Of a DNA stretch of 64,000 nt, positions 38,945 to 49,918 are shown in pieces (position 1 is the stretch's first letter; every line of letters begins with the position of its first letter). Made by a program: the position numbers and the translations under genes. The notes beneath the pieces are model-generated. The model saw only the letters and a list, made by a program, of their open reading frames with translations. It was not told where the DNA came from and ran no database searches. The DNA is from Meyerozyma guilliermondii (taxonomy: Eukaryota), in the NCBI GenBank assembly GCA_051546255.1, contig CP128818.1, positions 434,001-498,000 of the forward strand, written 5' to 3'.

Positions 38945-39925
38945 GAAAGACTAAAGTGAAATGCGGGAAATGGGGTTTATATACCCCACAAATCCAGCAG
39001 GGCAGCAGCTTGCAACTTTTATGTCCGCGGGCGCCTTCGGTGCAGGCGGTTGCAATTATCTCCGCGGTCTCCGAGGACTCCGAGACCGAGACAAGAAAAG
39101 GACAGTAGATGAAAAGATGTCGTGCCATATCTGCATTTGACATCAATGTGAAAAAATTACAGTTTGGTTGCAATCGTTGAAACCGCATCTACAGCACTAT
39201 AAAGTGCTCTTAGTGTCATTGTACAGTACTATTATCAAGTGCCCTTGTACACTACCTTTTACGATAATCGACTTTGCCGAGCCCAATTGGTGCAATTGGC
39301 TACAAAATCAGAGCAAAGTTCGAAAACCAATGAAGAACCACGATTATACAAATTTGAAGAGCCAAAATATCAAGTTCAGAGCAAGATTAATCTCAAGTTG
39401 GTCGGCAGCAAAGTCAAGGCAACCGGGAAGAATTGGTTGTGTTTAAGCATTATGGCTACTTGAAACGCAAGATAAAACACAATGGTGAGCCGGGTGTAAC
39501 AGCTCATTGATGAAGTCATGGCAGAAGTAGCAAAGGACTTTCTTGACATTCTTGTTACTTTACTCTTGCAATTATCCAAAAGAGAATCAGCTCATAGAAG
39601 CCACGGTTACAATTCCAGGGTCTTATGGCAGTTTCCAGTCGACGAGACGAATGCAATGCTTTCCTACTTGATCCCAACCTCTATTCAAGAAATGAGGATT
39701 GAATCACAAGAGTACTTCAGAAGCGACTTCTGGTATTCAGAACCACTGTTGATTGAACCAGCAGCATGTTCTCAGAGGTTTACAGAGTTCACAATCAAGT
39801 GGTTTTGACAACACAGCCATTGGCTCGACCTTTGAGTATGATTATGAGGTTTTTCGAAGATGCTAGTCAAATTAGTGATTAAAAACTTGAAGCGTTGCTT
39901 TGAAACATACAGACAATCTAAACGA

Positions 39926-40073
39926 TTTGAAACATTTTGACACATTTGACACATTTGACATTTTGACGTTTTGACATTTTGACATTTTTCATTTTTGACC
40001 CTTTACATTTTGACATTTTGACATTTTCCTTTTTTGACATTTTGAAATTTTATGTGACAGCACTTGACACATT
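39926..40073. repeat. Degenerate 8-9 bp TTTTGACA minisatellite
   Basis: About nine exact TTGACA plus variants (TTGACG, TTGACC, TTGAAA) in ~150 nt. Confidence 0.9.
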
Positions 40074-40455
40074 ATTGAAATACTCTGAAGCTACAAGAGT
40101 CAAGCTCAAGTCAATGATAGATTGAACGGCTGACGTTTTTTGCACCCAATTGTAAAATGCAAAACAACTTTCAACCAACTACACCCAATCACCACAACCA
40201 TCACCACTACAAACCAATTACACTACACGACCACCTCAGATTCTCATATCTGACTGCGCCCCATACGGTAATGGTTACGGCGGCGGTATGCAGTACGACT
40301 GCCATTCAATATGCAGCTAAAAAAAGCACATACTATTCTGGCCGCCAAGATATGCAACTGCAACTGCGTGCTTTACTGATACGCGAATTTCCCGATCTGC
40401 ATTGCTGTATTCGTCATAATTCGCCACCCCAGCGCGGCTCCAACTTAATTCCGTC

Positions 40456-40510
40456 TCCGTGGAGGCGCTGCTAAAAAATATGCAGGTGCACTGGGTGTCC
40501 GTACCGCGGA
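40456..40510. promoter_or_regulatory. PDRE-like zinc-cluster sites upstream of the ABC transporter
   Basis: TCCGTGGA at 40456-40463 and ACCGCGGA at 40503-40510; related TCCGCGGG (39024) and TCCGCGGT (39061) near the AKR. Confidence 0.45.
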
Positions 40511-40876
40511 AAACGAAAAAGCCGGTTTTCCTTCGCGCATTTCGGGAATTGTCGTAGTGTTGTGACAATCCGCAGCGTATGCAGGTTGTTCCTTGCAGTG
40601 AAAACTTACTAGGGCGCGGCGCTAACATGTGGGGAATTATTAAGGAAAGAGTGTCAACCAGAACAAAAATGTAAAATGACGTTCAAAATCTGCAATCGAA
40701 TAGGGTGTACAGAAGCAAAACACAACATCAATTTTTTTCAGCTTATTGTGCTGTTTGGAGGTGTTTCATTAACACCATATATTTTCCGATTAACTCCGCA
40801 TGCGTGCATTATTTCAGCCGCATCGTACACTTTATAAGAGTTGCCAAGCGCCAATTTTCCGTTGCCACTGTTTTCA

Positions 40877-43800
40877 ATGCCTTTTTTTGATTCCAAGACA
40901 GACCCGGTACCAGAAAGGGTACCTGAGTCAGATCAGGTCTCATACCATGATTCTGGTCAATTGGTGGACAATGTTCAACCTTACGATCAGCGCGAAATTA
41001 ATTCGGCTGGTTCTGATGATGATATTGCTCCGGTAAATAGTTACAAAGGCTTTGATGAAAACGTTGAAACAGATGTTCGCAACTTGGCTCGCTCGGTAAC
41101 CAACAACTCTTCCCATGAATTGGTGAAATATCTCACAAATATGTCCCAGGTTCCAGGTGTGATACCCTACGATGCTCTGGCCGTAAACGATCCCCAGTTG
41201 GATCCAGATAGTGATGATTTCAACGCTAAATACTGGGTGAAAAATTTCCGGAAATTGCTCGATTCAGACCCAGATTACTACAAGAGAGCCACTTTGGGAG
41301 TGGCATACCGTGATTTGAGAGCATACGGTATCGCTACCGGCGCCGACTACCAAGCCACAGTTTCCAATGTGCCATTTAAACTCGCTACCAATGCACTCAG
41401 TTACTTGCGTAAACAAGACCCTGCGAGCTCGTTTGATATCCTCAAGCCCATGGACGGAATTTTCTACCCTGGTGAAGTCAGTTGTCTTGGGACGTCCTGG
41501 TAGTGGATGTTCCACCTTGTTGAAAACAATTGCTACCAACACCTACGGTTTCCACATCGACGAGAAATCCAAGATCAGCTACGACGGTATTTCAGCCACT
41601 GAAATCCAAAAGCATTTCCGTGGAAGTGTCGCCTACTCGGCTGAAACTGATGTCCATTTCCCTCACCTCCATGTTGGTGATACCCTAGAGTTTGCAGCTC
41701 GTCTTCGTACACCCCACAACCGTGGAGACGTTGATCGTGAAACATATGCCAAACATATGGCCTCAGTATACATGGCCATGTACGGCTTGTCACATACTCG
41801 TCACACCAATGTAGGAAACGATTTTGTTCGTGGTGTTTCTGGTGGTGAACGTAAACGTGTTTCCATTGCCGAAGTTTCGCTCTGTGGTGCTAACTTGCAA
41901 TGTTGGGATAATGCTACTCGTGGTTTAGATGCCGCTACCGCTCTTGAATTTATTCGTGCTCTCAAAACTTCGGCTGCTGTTTTGGAAGCAACTCCTTTAA
42001 TTGCCATTTACCAATGTTCTCAGGACGCTTACGACTTGTTTGACAAGACTGTGGTCTTGTACGAAGGGTACCAGATCTATAATGGACCAGCTGGTGAAGC
42101 CAAACAGTTTTTCGAGGACATGGGATACGAGTGCCCACAACGTCAAACTACCGCTGACTACTTGACATCTTTAACCAATCCAGCAGAAAGAATCATTCGT
42201 CCTGGTTATGAAAATAAGGTTCCTCGTACTGCCGAGGAATTCGAACGGTATTGGAGAAACTCACCTCAGCGTGCAAAACTTGTGAATGAAATCGATGCCT
42301 ATCTCGAAAGAGTGGTTGCTCAAAATGCCAAGCAGACATACCACGACTCTCACGTTGCTAGACAAGCAAAGCACACAAGAAATGGTTCTCCTTACACTGT
42401 GTCGTTCTTCATGCAAACCAAATACATCATGCACCGCAATATTTTAAGATTTAAAGGTGATCCTTCGATTCCAATTTTCTCCGTTGCTGGTCAGGTTATT
42501 ATGGGTCTTATCTTGTCATCAGTTTTCTACAATATGAAGGCAGACACCGGCTCGTTTTATTATAGAGGTGCCTCCATGTTTTTCGCCGTTCTTTTCAATG
42601 CTTTTTCGTCCTTGTTGGAAATTATGTCTCTTTTCGAGGCCAGACCTATTGTTGAAAAGCATAGAAAATATGCGTTATACCGTCCTTCCGCCGATGCTCT
42701 AGCGAGTATCATTACTGAGTTACCTGTCAAGTTTGCTATGTCCCTTAGTTTCAACCTTGTGTTCTACTTTATGGTTAATTTCCGCAGAGAACCAGGTCGT
42801 TTCTTCTTCTACTGGCTTATGTGTATCACATGTACTTTTGTCATGTCACATTTGTTCCGTAGTTTGGGAGCAGTTTCAACTTCTTTGGCTGGAGCAATGA
42901 CACCTGCAAATGTCTTGTTACTTGCTATGGTGATTTATACTGGTTTCGTCATTCCTACACCCAAGATGTTGGGTTGGGCTAGATGGATAGGTTATATCAA
43001 TCCAGTTGGGTATGTTTTTGAATCTTTAATGGCTAATGAGTTCCACGGAAGAGAGTTTTTGTGTTCGACATATCTTCCCACGGGCCCAGGATACGATGAT
43101 CTTACCGGAGATCTGCGTGTTTGTAACACAGTTGGTTCAACTCCTGGTTCTAACATGGTTTCTGGAACAAGATACATCAAGGAATCATACAACTACACCA
43201 TTGGTACCAAATGGAGAAACTTTGGTATTGCTGTGGCTTTCGCTGTCTTCTTCCTTGGAATCTACATTTTCTTGACGGAAATCAACCGTGGTGCAATGCA
43301 AAAGGGTGAAATTACCTTGTTCCTTCGTTCAGCACTTAGAAAGCGTAGAAAGCAACAGAAAATGGGCAAGAATGATTTGGAAGGTGGAAAACAAGCCACT
43401 TATCTGCTTCAAGACGAATTGAAAGAGAGCAGCTCGCTGACCGATCGTACAGGCACCAATGACTCACAACAAGACGAGAAGAATGAAGTACTGGAGACCC
43501 CTGTTAACGAGAACATTTTCCACTGGCGTAACTTAACTTATGAGGTCAAGATCAAATCTGAGCATCGGGTCATTTTGAACCAAGTCGATGGCTGGGTCAA
43601 GCCTGGACAATTGACTGCCTTGATGGGAGCTTCAGGAGCTGGTAAAACCACCTTGTTGAACTGTCTTTCTGAGAGACTTACAACTGGTGTGGTGACAGAC
43701 GGTACAAGAATGGTGAATGGCCATTCTCTTGACTCTTCGTTCCAAAGATCTATTGGTTACGTCCAACAACAAGATTTGCACTTGCCAACTTCTACCGTCA

Positions 43801-45458
43801 GAGAAGCGTTCCGATTCTCGGCGTACTTGAGACAGCCTTCTCACGTATCGAAAGCAGAGAAGGACGAATATGTTGAGTATGTTATTAACTTGTTGGAGAT
43901 GTATGACTATGCTGATGCTGTGGTTGGTGTTGCCGGAGAGGGACTCAATGTTGAGCAACGTAAGAGATTGACGATTGGAGTCGAGTTGGTAGCCAAGCCA
44001 AAGTTGTTGTTATTCTTGGATGAACCAACATCTGGATTGGACTCACAAACTGCATGGTCCGTGTGTAAGTTGATTAGAAAGTTGGCCGACCACGGCCAGG
44101 CTATCTTGTGTACCATTCATCAGCCATCGGCCATTTTGTTGAAAGAGTTTGACCGGTTGCTTTTCTTACAAAAAGGAGGAAAGACAGTTTACTTTGGAGA
44201 AATGGGGGATAAATGTGCCACTTTGATCAACTACTTTGAAAAGTACGGAGCTCAGCCATGTCCCAAAAATGCAAATCCCGCTGAATGGATTTTGGAGGTT
44301 GTGGGAGCGGCTCCTGGATCTCATGCTAACCAAGACTACTTTGAAGTATGGAGAAACTCTACGGAGTATCAAGACGTTCAAAGAGAACTCGACCGCATGG
44401 AACAAGAATTGTCATTATTACCAAGAGATGTCAGTCCTGAATCGCACAAGAAATACGCTGCCCCACTCTGGAAGCAGTACCTTATTGTTTCTCGCAGAGT
44501 TCTTCAACAAAACTGGAGAACGCCAGGTTACATCTACTCTAAATTGTTCTTGGTGGTTTCGTCGGCGTTGTTCATTGGATTTTCGTTTTTCAAGGCTAAC
44601 AACTCGATGAGAGGATTGCAAAACCAAATGTTTGGAACCTTCATGTATTTTATTGTTTTCAACACCTTGGTGCAACAGATGTTACCATACTTTGTAAGAC
44701 AAAGAGACATCTACGAGGTCAGAGAAGCACCTTCGAGAACTTATAGTTGGTTCACGTTTATCACTGCTCAGGTGACAGGAGAGATTCCGTTCCAGATAGC
44801 CGTTGGTACTGCTGCTTTCTTTTCGTGGTACTACCCTATCGGCTTGTACCGTAATGCCGAGCCAAGCGATACTGTCGATTCCAGAGGTGTTCTTATGTGG
44901 TTATTGATTATCTCGTTCATGGTGTACACTTCCACCATGGGACAACTTTGTATTTCTTTCAACGAGATTGCAGACAACGCTGCTAATCTTGCCGTTATGT
45001 TGTTCACCATGTGTTTGAATTTCTGTGGTGTTCTTGCTGGACCCGATGTGTTGCCAGGATTCTGGATTTTCATGTATCGTTGCAATCCTTTCACATACTT
45101 GATTCAAGGTATTTTGGCTACGGGATTGGCCAAGGCTCCCGTCACTTGTTCTCCCGAGGAGTATGTTTCATTGGTACCTCCGCTGGGACAAACTTGTCAG
45201 GAATTTTTGGCGCTGTATATTTCGGTTGCGGGAGGCTACATTTCGGACCCCAGTTCGACCACCAACTGTAATTACTGTCAGATGAAGAGCACTGATGCTT
45301 TCTTGAAGACGATCAATGCTAGCTACGGAGACCGGTGGAGAAACTTTGGAATCTTCAATGCCTTTACGGTGTTCAATATCATCATGACAGTGTTCTTCTA
45401 CTGGCTCCTGAGAGTGCCTAAGGGAACAAGAGAGAAGAAGGGCAGCCACAAGGGTTGA
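40877..45458 (+). pseudogene. PDR-family ABC drug efflux transporter (Cdr1/Pdr5-like) with a frameshift at ~41480; true pseudogene or sequencing error
   Basis: The N-terminal frame from ATG 40877 reads FDILKPMDGIFYPGEV and stops at 41501-41503. The next frame continues VVLGRPGSGCST, VSGGERKRVS, CWDNATRGLD, GASGAGKT, LNVEQRKRLT and both TMDs. Adding 2 nt gives 1527 aa. Confidence 0.85.
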
Positions 45459-45504
45459 GATACATTTATACAATATGACTATTTAAGTGGAAGCGTAAAG
45501 CGAC

Positions 45505-45632
45505 AATATAATATGAAACTTAGCAAATGATACAGTATGACAAGTAATACAGTATGACAAGTAATACAGTATGAAACTTGGCGAAATAAATAATACAGTA
45601 TGACACTTAGCGAACACAATACAATATGACTT
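45505..45632. repeat. Degenerate AATACAGTATGAC repeat (17-bp core duplication, ~6 units) between the ABC gene and HEM13
   Basis: atacagtatgacaagtaatacagtatgacaagtaatacagtatgaaac...taatacagtatgacac...aatacaatatgac. Confidence 0.85.
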
Positions 45633-45765
45633 ACCACTATCTTTTTTTGTGGTCTCTCCTTGGTGGTGTGGTGCGGCATAGAATCACGCCAGATCGATAA
45701 TTCGCGACCATAAATTAATCGCATAGAACTCAATTCTCTCAATTCTACTACTTGCCAAACTCCAA

Positions 45766-46752
45766 ATGAAAGCCATCGATGTACAGAGCATCCACGATAC
45801 CTCGCGACCAATGAGGGAGCGTATGGAGACACTTGTGAGGTGGAAACAGCAGCAAATTACCGAAAGCATCGAGCAGCTCGAAACGTCAACTTTTCATATT
45901 GACGAATGGACTCGTGGAAACGGAGGAGGCGGTGGACAGACGATGGTTCTTCAGAACGGATCGGTATTTGAGAAGGGAGGGGTCAATATTTCTGTTGTTC
46001 ATGGAAAACTTCCACCTCAAGCTGTTGCGAGAATGCGAGCAGATCACCAAAATTTGAAGCCAAGCTCACTGGGAGACGGCAGTGTGCCATTTTTTGCGTG
46101 TGGACTCTCGTTGGTCATTCATCCCCATAACCCACATGCTCCCACCACCCATGCAAATTACCGGTATTTTGAGACTTTAGATGCGGAAACTGGCGAGGTA
46201 GCTGCATGGTGGTTTGGCGGCGGAGCCGATTTGACTCCTTCGTATCTCTACGAGGAAGATGTGGTGAACTTCCACCAATGTCACAAAGACGCTTTGGACA
46301 AATACGACAAGGAATTGTATCCAAAGTACAAAAAATGGTGCGATGAATATTTCTACATCAAGCATCGCGGAGAGACCAGAGGAGTTGGAGGCATTTTTTT
46401 CGATGACATGGACAGCATGCCTGCCGATACATTGCTCCATTTGGTTGAATCGTGCTTTGATGCGTTTATACCGTCGTACATTCCACTCGTTGTAAAGCAC
46501 AAGGACGATCCATTTACCGACGACCAGAAACAATGGCAACAGATCCGCAGAGGACGCTATGTGGAGTTCAATTTGGTTCTCGACAGAGGAACGCAATTCG
46601 GTCTTTCTACACCTGGTCTGCGTGTAGAAAGTATTCTTATGTCACTTCCAGCCACGGCGTCATGGCTCTACGATCACCACCCAGAAGAGGGCACCGAAGA
46701 GGCCAAGTTGGTTGAGGTTCTCCAGACTCCCCGCGACTGGATAGCAGCCTAA
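45766..46752 (+). CDS. HEM13: Oxygen-dependent coproporphyrinogen III oxidase
   Basis: [46 protein letters not shown] and VESILMSLP. Confidence 0.97.
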   Translation: MKAIDVQSIHDTSRPMRERMETLVRWKQQQITESIEQLETSTFHIDEWTRGNGGGGGQTMVLQNGSVFEKGGVNISVVHGKLPPQAVARMRADHQNLKPSSLGDGSVPFFACGLSLVIHPHNPHAPTTHANYRYFETLDAETGEVAAWWFGGGADLTPSYLYEEDVVNFHQCHKDALDKYDKELYPKYKKWCDEYFYIKHRGETRGVGGIFFDDMDSMPADTLLHLVESCFDAFIPSYIPLVVKHKDDPFTDDQKQWQQIRRGRYVEFNLVLDRGTQFGLSTPGLRVESILMSLPATASWLYDHHPEEGTEEAKLVEVLQTPRDWIAA

Positions 46753-47488
46753 TAGGAAATTAATAGGGAAAAGCCACTGAAAGCCTCTAAGAATCGCTGA
46801 AGAATGGTAGAAGAAAAGCCTCTGAATGGCTGAAGAATGAGAAGAATGGCTGCGAGAAATGAAAAATAGATTAAAGAAAGAGAAGAAACGAGACAATGGA
46901 AAGAGAAATAGAAGACAAAATGAAAGTAACAGAATGAATTACTTGTATATACAAGACAACCACCGAACACTCTTTTCTACTTTCTATCATTTTCTGTCAA
47001 ATAGTTCCTGCACTTGTTGCACTTGCTGCACCGCTTCCTGTCATCGGTGCGGCGCTCACCGGTTCCTGCACACGCCACCGTCTTTAATTCTACAGACTCC
47101 ATTATTATCACTAATAATTCAACTCATCACCCCACTTCTTTCAGTCATTGAAGATCTTATAAATTCATTGCAATTCATTGCAGATTCCTGCGGAAACCGA
47201 AATTCAGCCACCCGAAGGAAAATACCGCACGACATTTTGCGACATATACGCCCCATGTGCGAAATTTCTTAAACAAATTTGAATGGAAGGTACATGAACA
47301 AAGTGACTGTAGCTAACACGGATATGGCTACTTTAATGTGTGCATAAACAAGTAAAACACATACAAGAACGCAGAATCTATCTCAGGGTATCCTTAGGTA
47401 AGACAGAAGCTTGATCCACATCCACAGCAACTAGAATTTGGGAATTTCTCACCGAAATTCACGTCATCTCTTTCATTTTTTCTGGAAA

Positions 47489-49777
47489 ATGTCCGACCAA
47501 AGCAGCTCCAGGTCGGTGTCGCCCACGCGGGACCCCACCAGGGACATGGATACGGGCCACGAGGGCCTTAATGACCACAGAAACCAGCCCCCTTCGTTGC
47601 CCATAAGGTCCAATTCGGAAGCAAGAAGACGCAGACCCAGCGATGCCGACGAGGAATTGGGTCCACGATCCCACAAGACGATGTTGGGCAATCTCCGCAC
47701 GGAGTATTACCTCAGGACGCCAGATGAGGAGGACGAGAGTGCTATTGTGCCCACTTTAGGCGGCCGTATTCCCAGCGTGATAGCGGAAGATATTCCCTCC
47801 CCAACTTCGAGGCAAAGAAGCCGGTCTTTCACGGCACAGTTGCGAGCCAAAGTTGGCAAGGATGACTCGTCTGACAAACCAAGCGGGATTCTTATGAAGA
47901 GCCAACCTCCACGTCGCAAATCCACCCGTAGCAACTCGTTGGTTCCAGATATGGCTCTGGACCTTGTTTCGCCAATGACGAAAATCAAAACCAACGACAG
48001 TACTATGTCGGAAAAACGTAACCGCAGACCTTCGAGGTCGCTGATCGACAGCGATGCCGACTCCCACGCCTCGAGATCGTCTCAGGAAACTGAAGAGGAT
48101 GTGTGCTTTCCCATGTTGAGAGAACACATTCGAGTTAAAGGAATTGATTTCGACGAGATTGAAGAGTTTATCAAAGAAGAGCGTGAAGAAGAAGAATTCA
48201 TGAGACAGCAGCAAACTCTAATGGCAGAAAGAGCATCTACCATGACAGGCGACCGCAGTGGAAATCTCCATCCGACCCAAACCAGCCTGGCTGCTTTAAA
48301 GTACACTCCGACCAACTTGTTGAAGCGGTCGAAAAAGTCAAGTGGACAGAAGAGTGAAGAACTAAAACCTTCAGACCCTAATGAAAAAGCTGAGACGAAC
48401 GATAAGCGTCAGTCGGACTCGTCCATTGAGTACGAGAAGTCGGACTCTTCAGCTTCTGAAAACGTCAAGTTTGGAGGAACCCGTATCAACGATTCTTCCC
48501 TGTCACTTCCTGATCGGTTCTCGTTTTTTTCATCGGAATCCGAAGAAACCCTTCATGCTCCTGATCTTCCTCTGATGGTGCAACCAGGTCAAAGCGTCAA
48601 GGACCTCTTTCATGGAGGAGACGGGACATGGTGGCTTGACTGTGTTTGTCCTACAGACGCCGAAATGAAAATGTTGGCCAAGGCTTTTGGTATCCATCCT
48701 CTTACGGCCGAAGATATTCGTATGCAAGAAACTCGTGAAAAGGTGGAGTTGTTCCGCAGCTACTACTTTGTCTGTTTCCACACTTTTGAGCCGGACGATG
48801 AATCTGAAGACTATCTAGAGCCCATCAACGTGTATATCGTGGTTTTCCGTGATGGTGTGCTCACTTTCCATTTCTCACCACTTCTGCACCCAGCCAATGT
48901 AAGACGCAGAATCCGGCAATTGCGAGACTACGTTGACGTGAGCAGCGACTGGATTTGTTACGCTCTTATTGATGACATCACCGATGGTTTTGCACCAGTA
49001 ATTACTGGCATCGAGTACGAAGCAGATGCCATTGAGGACTCTGTATTTGTCGCTCGTGATCTAGATTTTTCCAATATGTTACAGAGAATTGGCGAAGCCC
49101 GAAGAAAGGTAATGACGTTAATGAGGCTCTTGTCAGGCAAAGCCGATGTGATCAAAATGTTTGCGAAAAGATGCCAGGATGAAGCTGCTGGAGTAGCAAG
49201 TTCTACAGCACCCACAGGATTTCCTCCTGGTGTTCCAGCTGGCTTGACAGGCGGGGCTGCAACTCCAGTGTACCCACCTCCAGCTTGGGGCAAAGCACAA
49301 CCTCGAGCAGATATTGCACTTTACTTGGGCGATATCCAGGATCACGTCATTACTATGTTTCAAAATCTTTTGGCGTATGAAAAGATCTTCAGTCGGTCGC
49401 ATAGCAATTACCTTGCTCAATTGCAAGTAGAATCGTTCCATTCCAATAATATGGTGACGGAAATGTTGTCCAAAGTCACACTTATCGGTACGTTATTGGT
49501 GCCTTTAAACCTTATTACAGGTTTGTTTGGTATGAATGTGCACGTTCCGGGCGAGGGTGGATCGAATCTCCATTGGTTTTTCGGTATTGTTGGTGTGATG
49601 GTGTTCATCATCATTATCTTTTTCCTCGGCGCTCGAATGTGGCTCAGTAAAATGCATAACCCCAATGACGACCAAGCTGTTCGTCCGTCACGCCGGTCCA
49701 CCAAAAGCTTTGGATTGCGCAACAAGACCAAAGAGGCGGCCCGTTCCATTCTCAGCTTTCCCAACAAGTATGAGTAG
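47489..49777 (+). CDS. ALR1: CorA-family plasma-membrane Mg2+ transporter
   Basis: SQETEEDVCFP, WWLDC, FGIHPLTAEDI and GLFGMN with two C-terminal TM helices. ATG at 47489. Confidence 0.93.
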   Translation: MSDQSSSRSVSPTRDPTRDMDTGHEGLNDHRNQPPSLPIRSNSEARRRRPSDADEELGPRSHKTMLGNLRTEYYLRTPDEEDESAIVPTLGGRIPSVIAEDIPSPTSRQRSRSFTAQLRAKVGKDDSSDKPSGILMKSQPPRRKSTRSNSLVPDMALDLVSPMTKIKTNDSTMSEKRNRRPSRSLIDSDADSHASRSSQETEEDVCFPMLREHIRVKGIDFDEIEEFIKEEREEEEFMRQQQTLMAERASTMTGDRSGNLHPTQTSLAALKYTPTNLLKRSKKSSGQKSEELKPSDPNEKAETNDKRQSDSSIEYEKSDSSASENVKFGGTRINDSSLSLPDRFSFFSSESEETLHAPDLPLMVQPGQSVKDLFHGGDGTWWLDCVCPTDAEMKMLAKAFGIHPLTAEDIRMQETREKVELFRSYYFVCFHTFEPDDESEDYLEPINVYIVVFRDGVLTFHFSPLLHPANVRRRIRQLRDYVDVSSDWICYALIDDITDGFAPVITGIEYEADAIEDSVFVARDLDFSNMLQRIGEARRKVMTLMRLLSGKADVIKMFAKRCQDEAAGVASSTAPTGFPPGVPAGLTGGAATPVYPPPAWGKAQPRADIALYLGDIQDHVITMFQNLLAYEKIFSRSHSNYLAQLQVESFHSNNMVTEMLSKVTLIGTLLVPLNLITGLFGMNVHVPGEGGSNLHWFFGIVGVMVFIIIIFFLGARMWLSKMHNPNDDQAVRPSRRSTKSFGLRNKTKEAARSILSFPNKYE

Positions 49778-49918
49778 TGTATAATAGATAATTTAGCTGC
49801 TTTTTGCAATATAGACTAGATGCAGTACGTTTATCAACACTTTCTTCATCGTTGCACCGCGTACCAGACACCTTTTATCTACGCACAAGCACCACAAATA
49901 CACTCTTTTGCTTGCTCA

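Noticed and set aside
40157..40474. 105-aa His/Thr-rich ORF upstream of the ABC gene
   Set aside because: Arises from a CA-rich promoter tract and overlaps putative regulatory sites; no recognisable domain.
41367..41480. ATG 41367 as the start of an intact 1363-aa transporter, or an intron bridging the frameshift
   Set aside because: Its first 38 codons are off-frame relative to the conserved FDILKPMDG sequence, and no donor/branch/acceptor set is present.
16338..45632. Short repeat arrays as CRISPR or telomeric repeats
   Set aside because: Eukaryotic context, no unique spacers, no cas genes, units are degenerate and internal.
46760..47272. 137-aa ORF and purine-rich or TGCACTTG repeats downstream of HEM13
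   Set aside because: Low-complexity intergenic sequence; the Lys/Arg and Cys-Thr runs derive from simple repeats.
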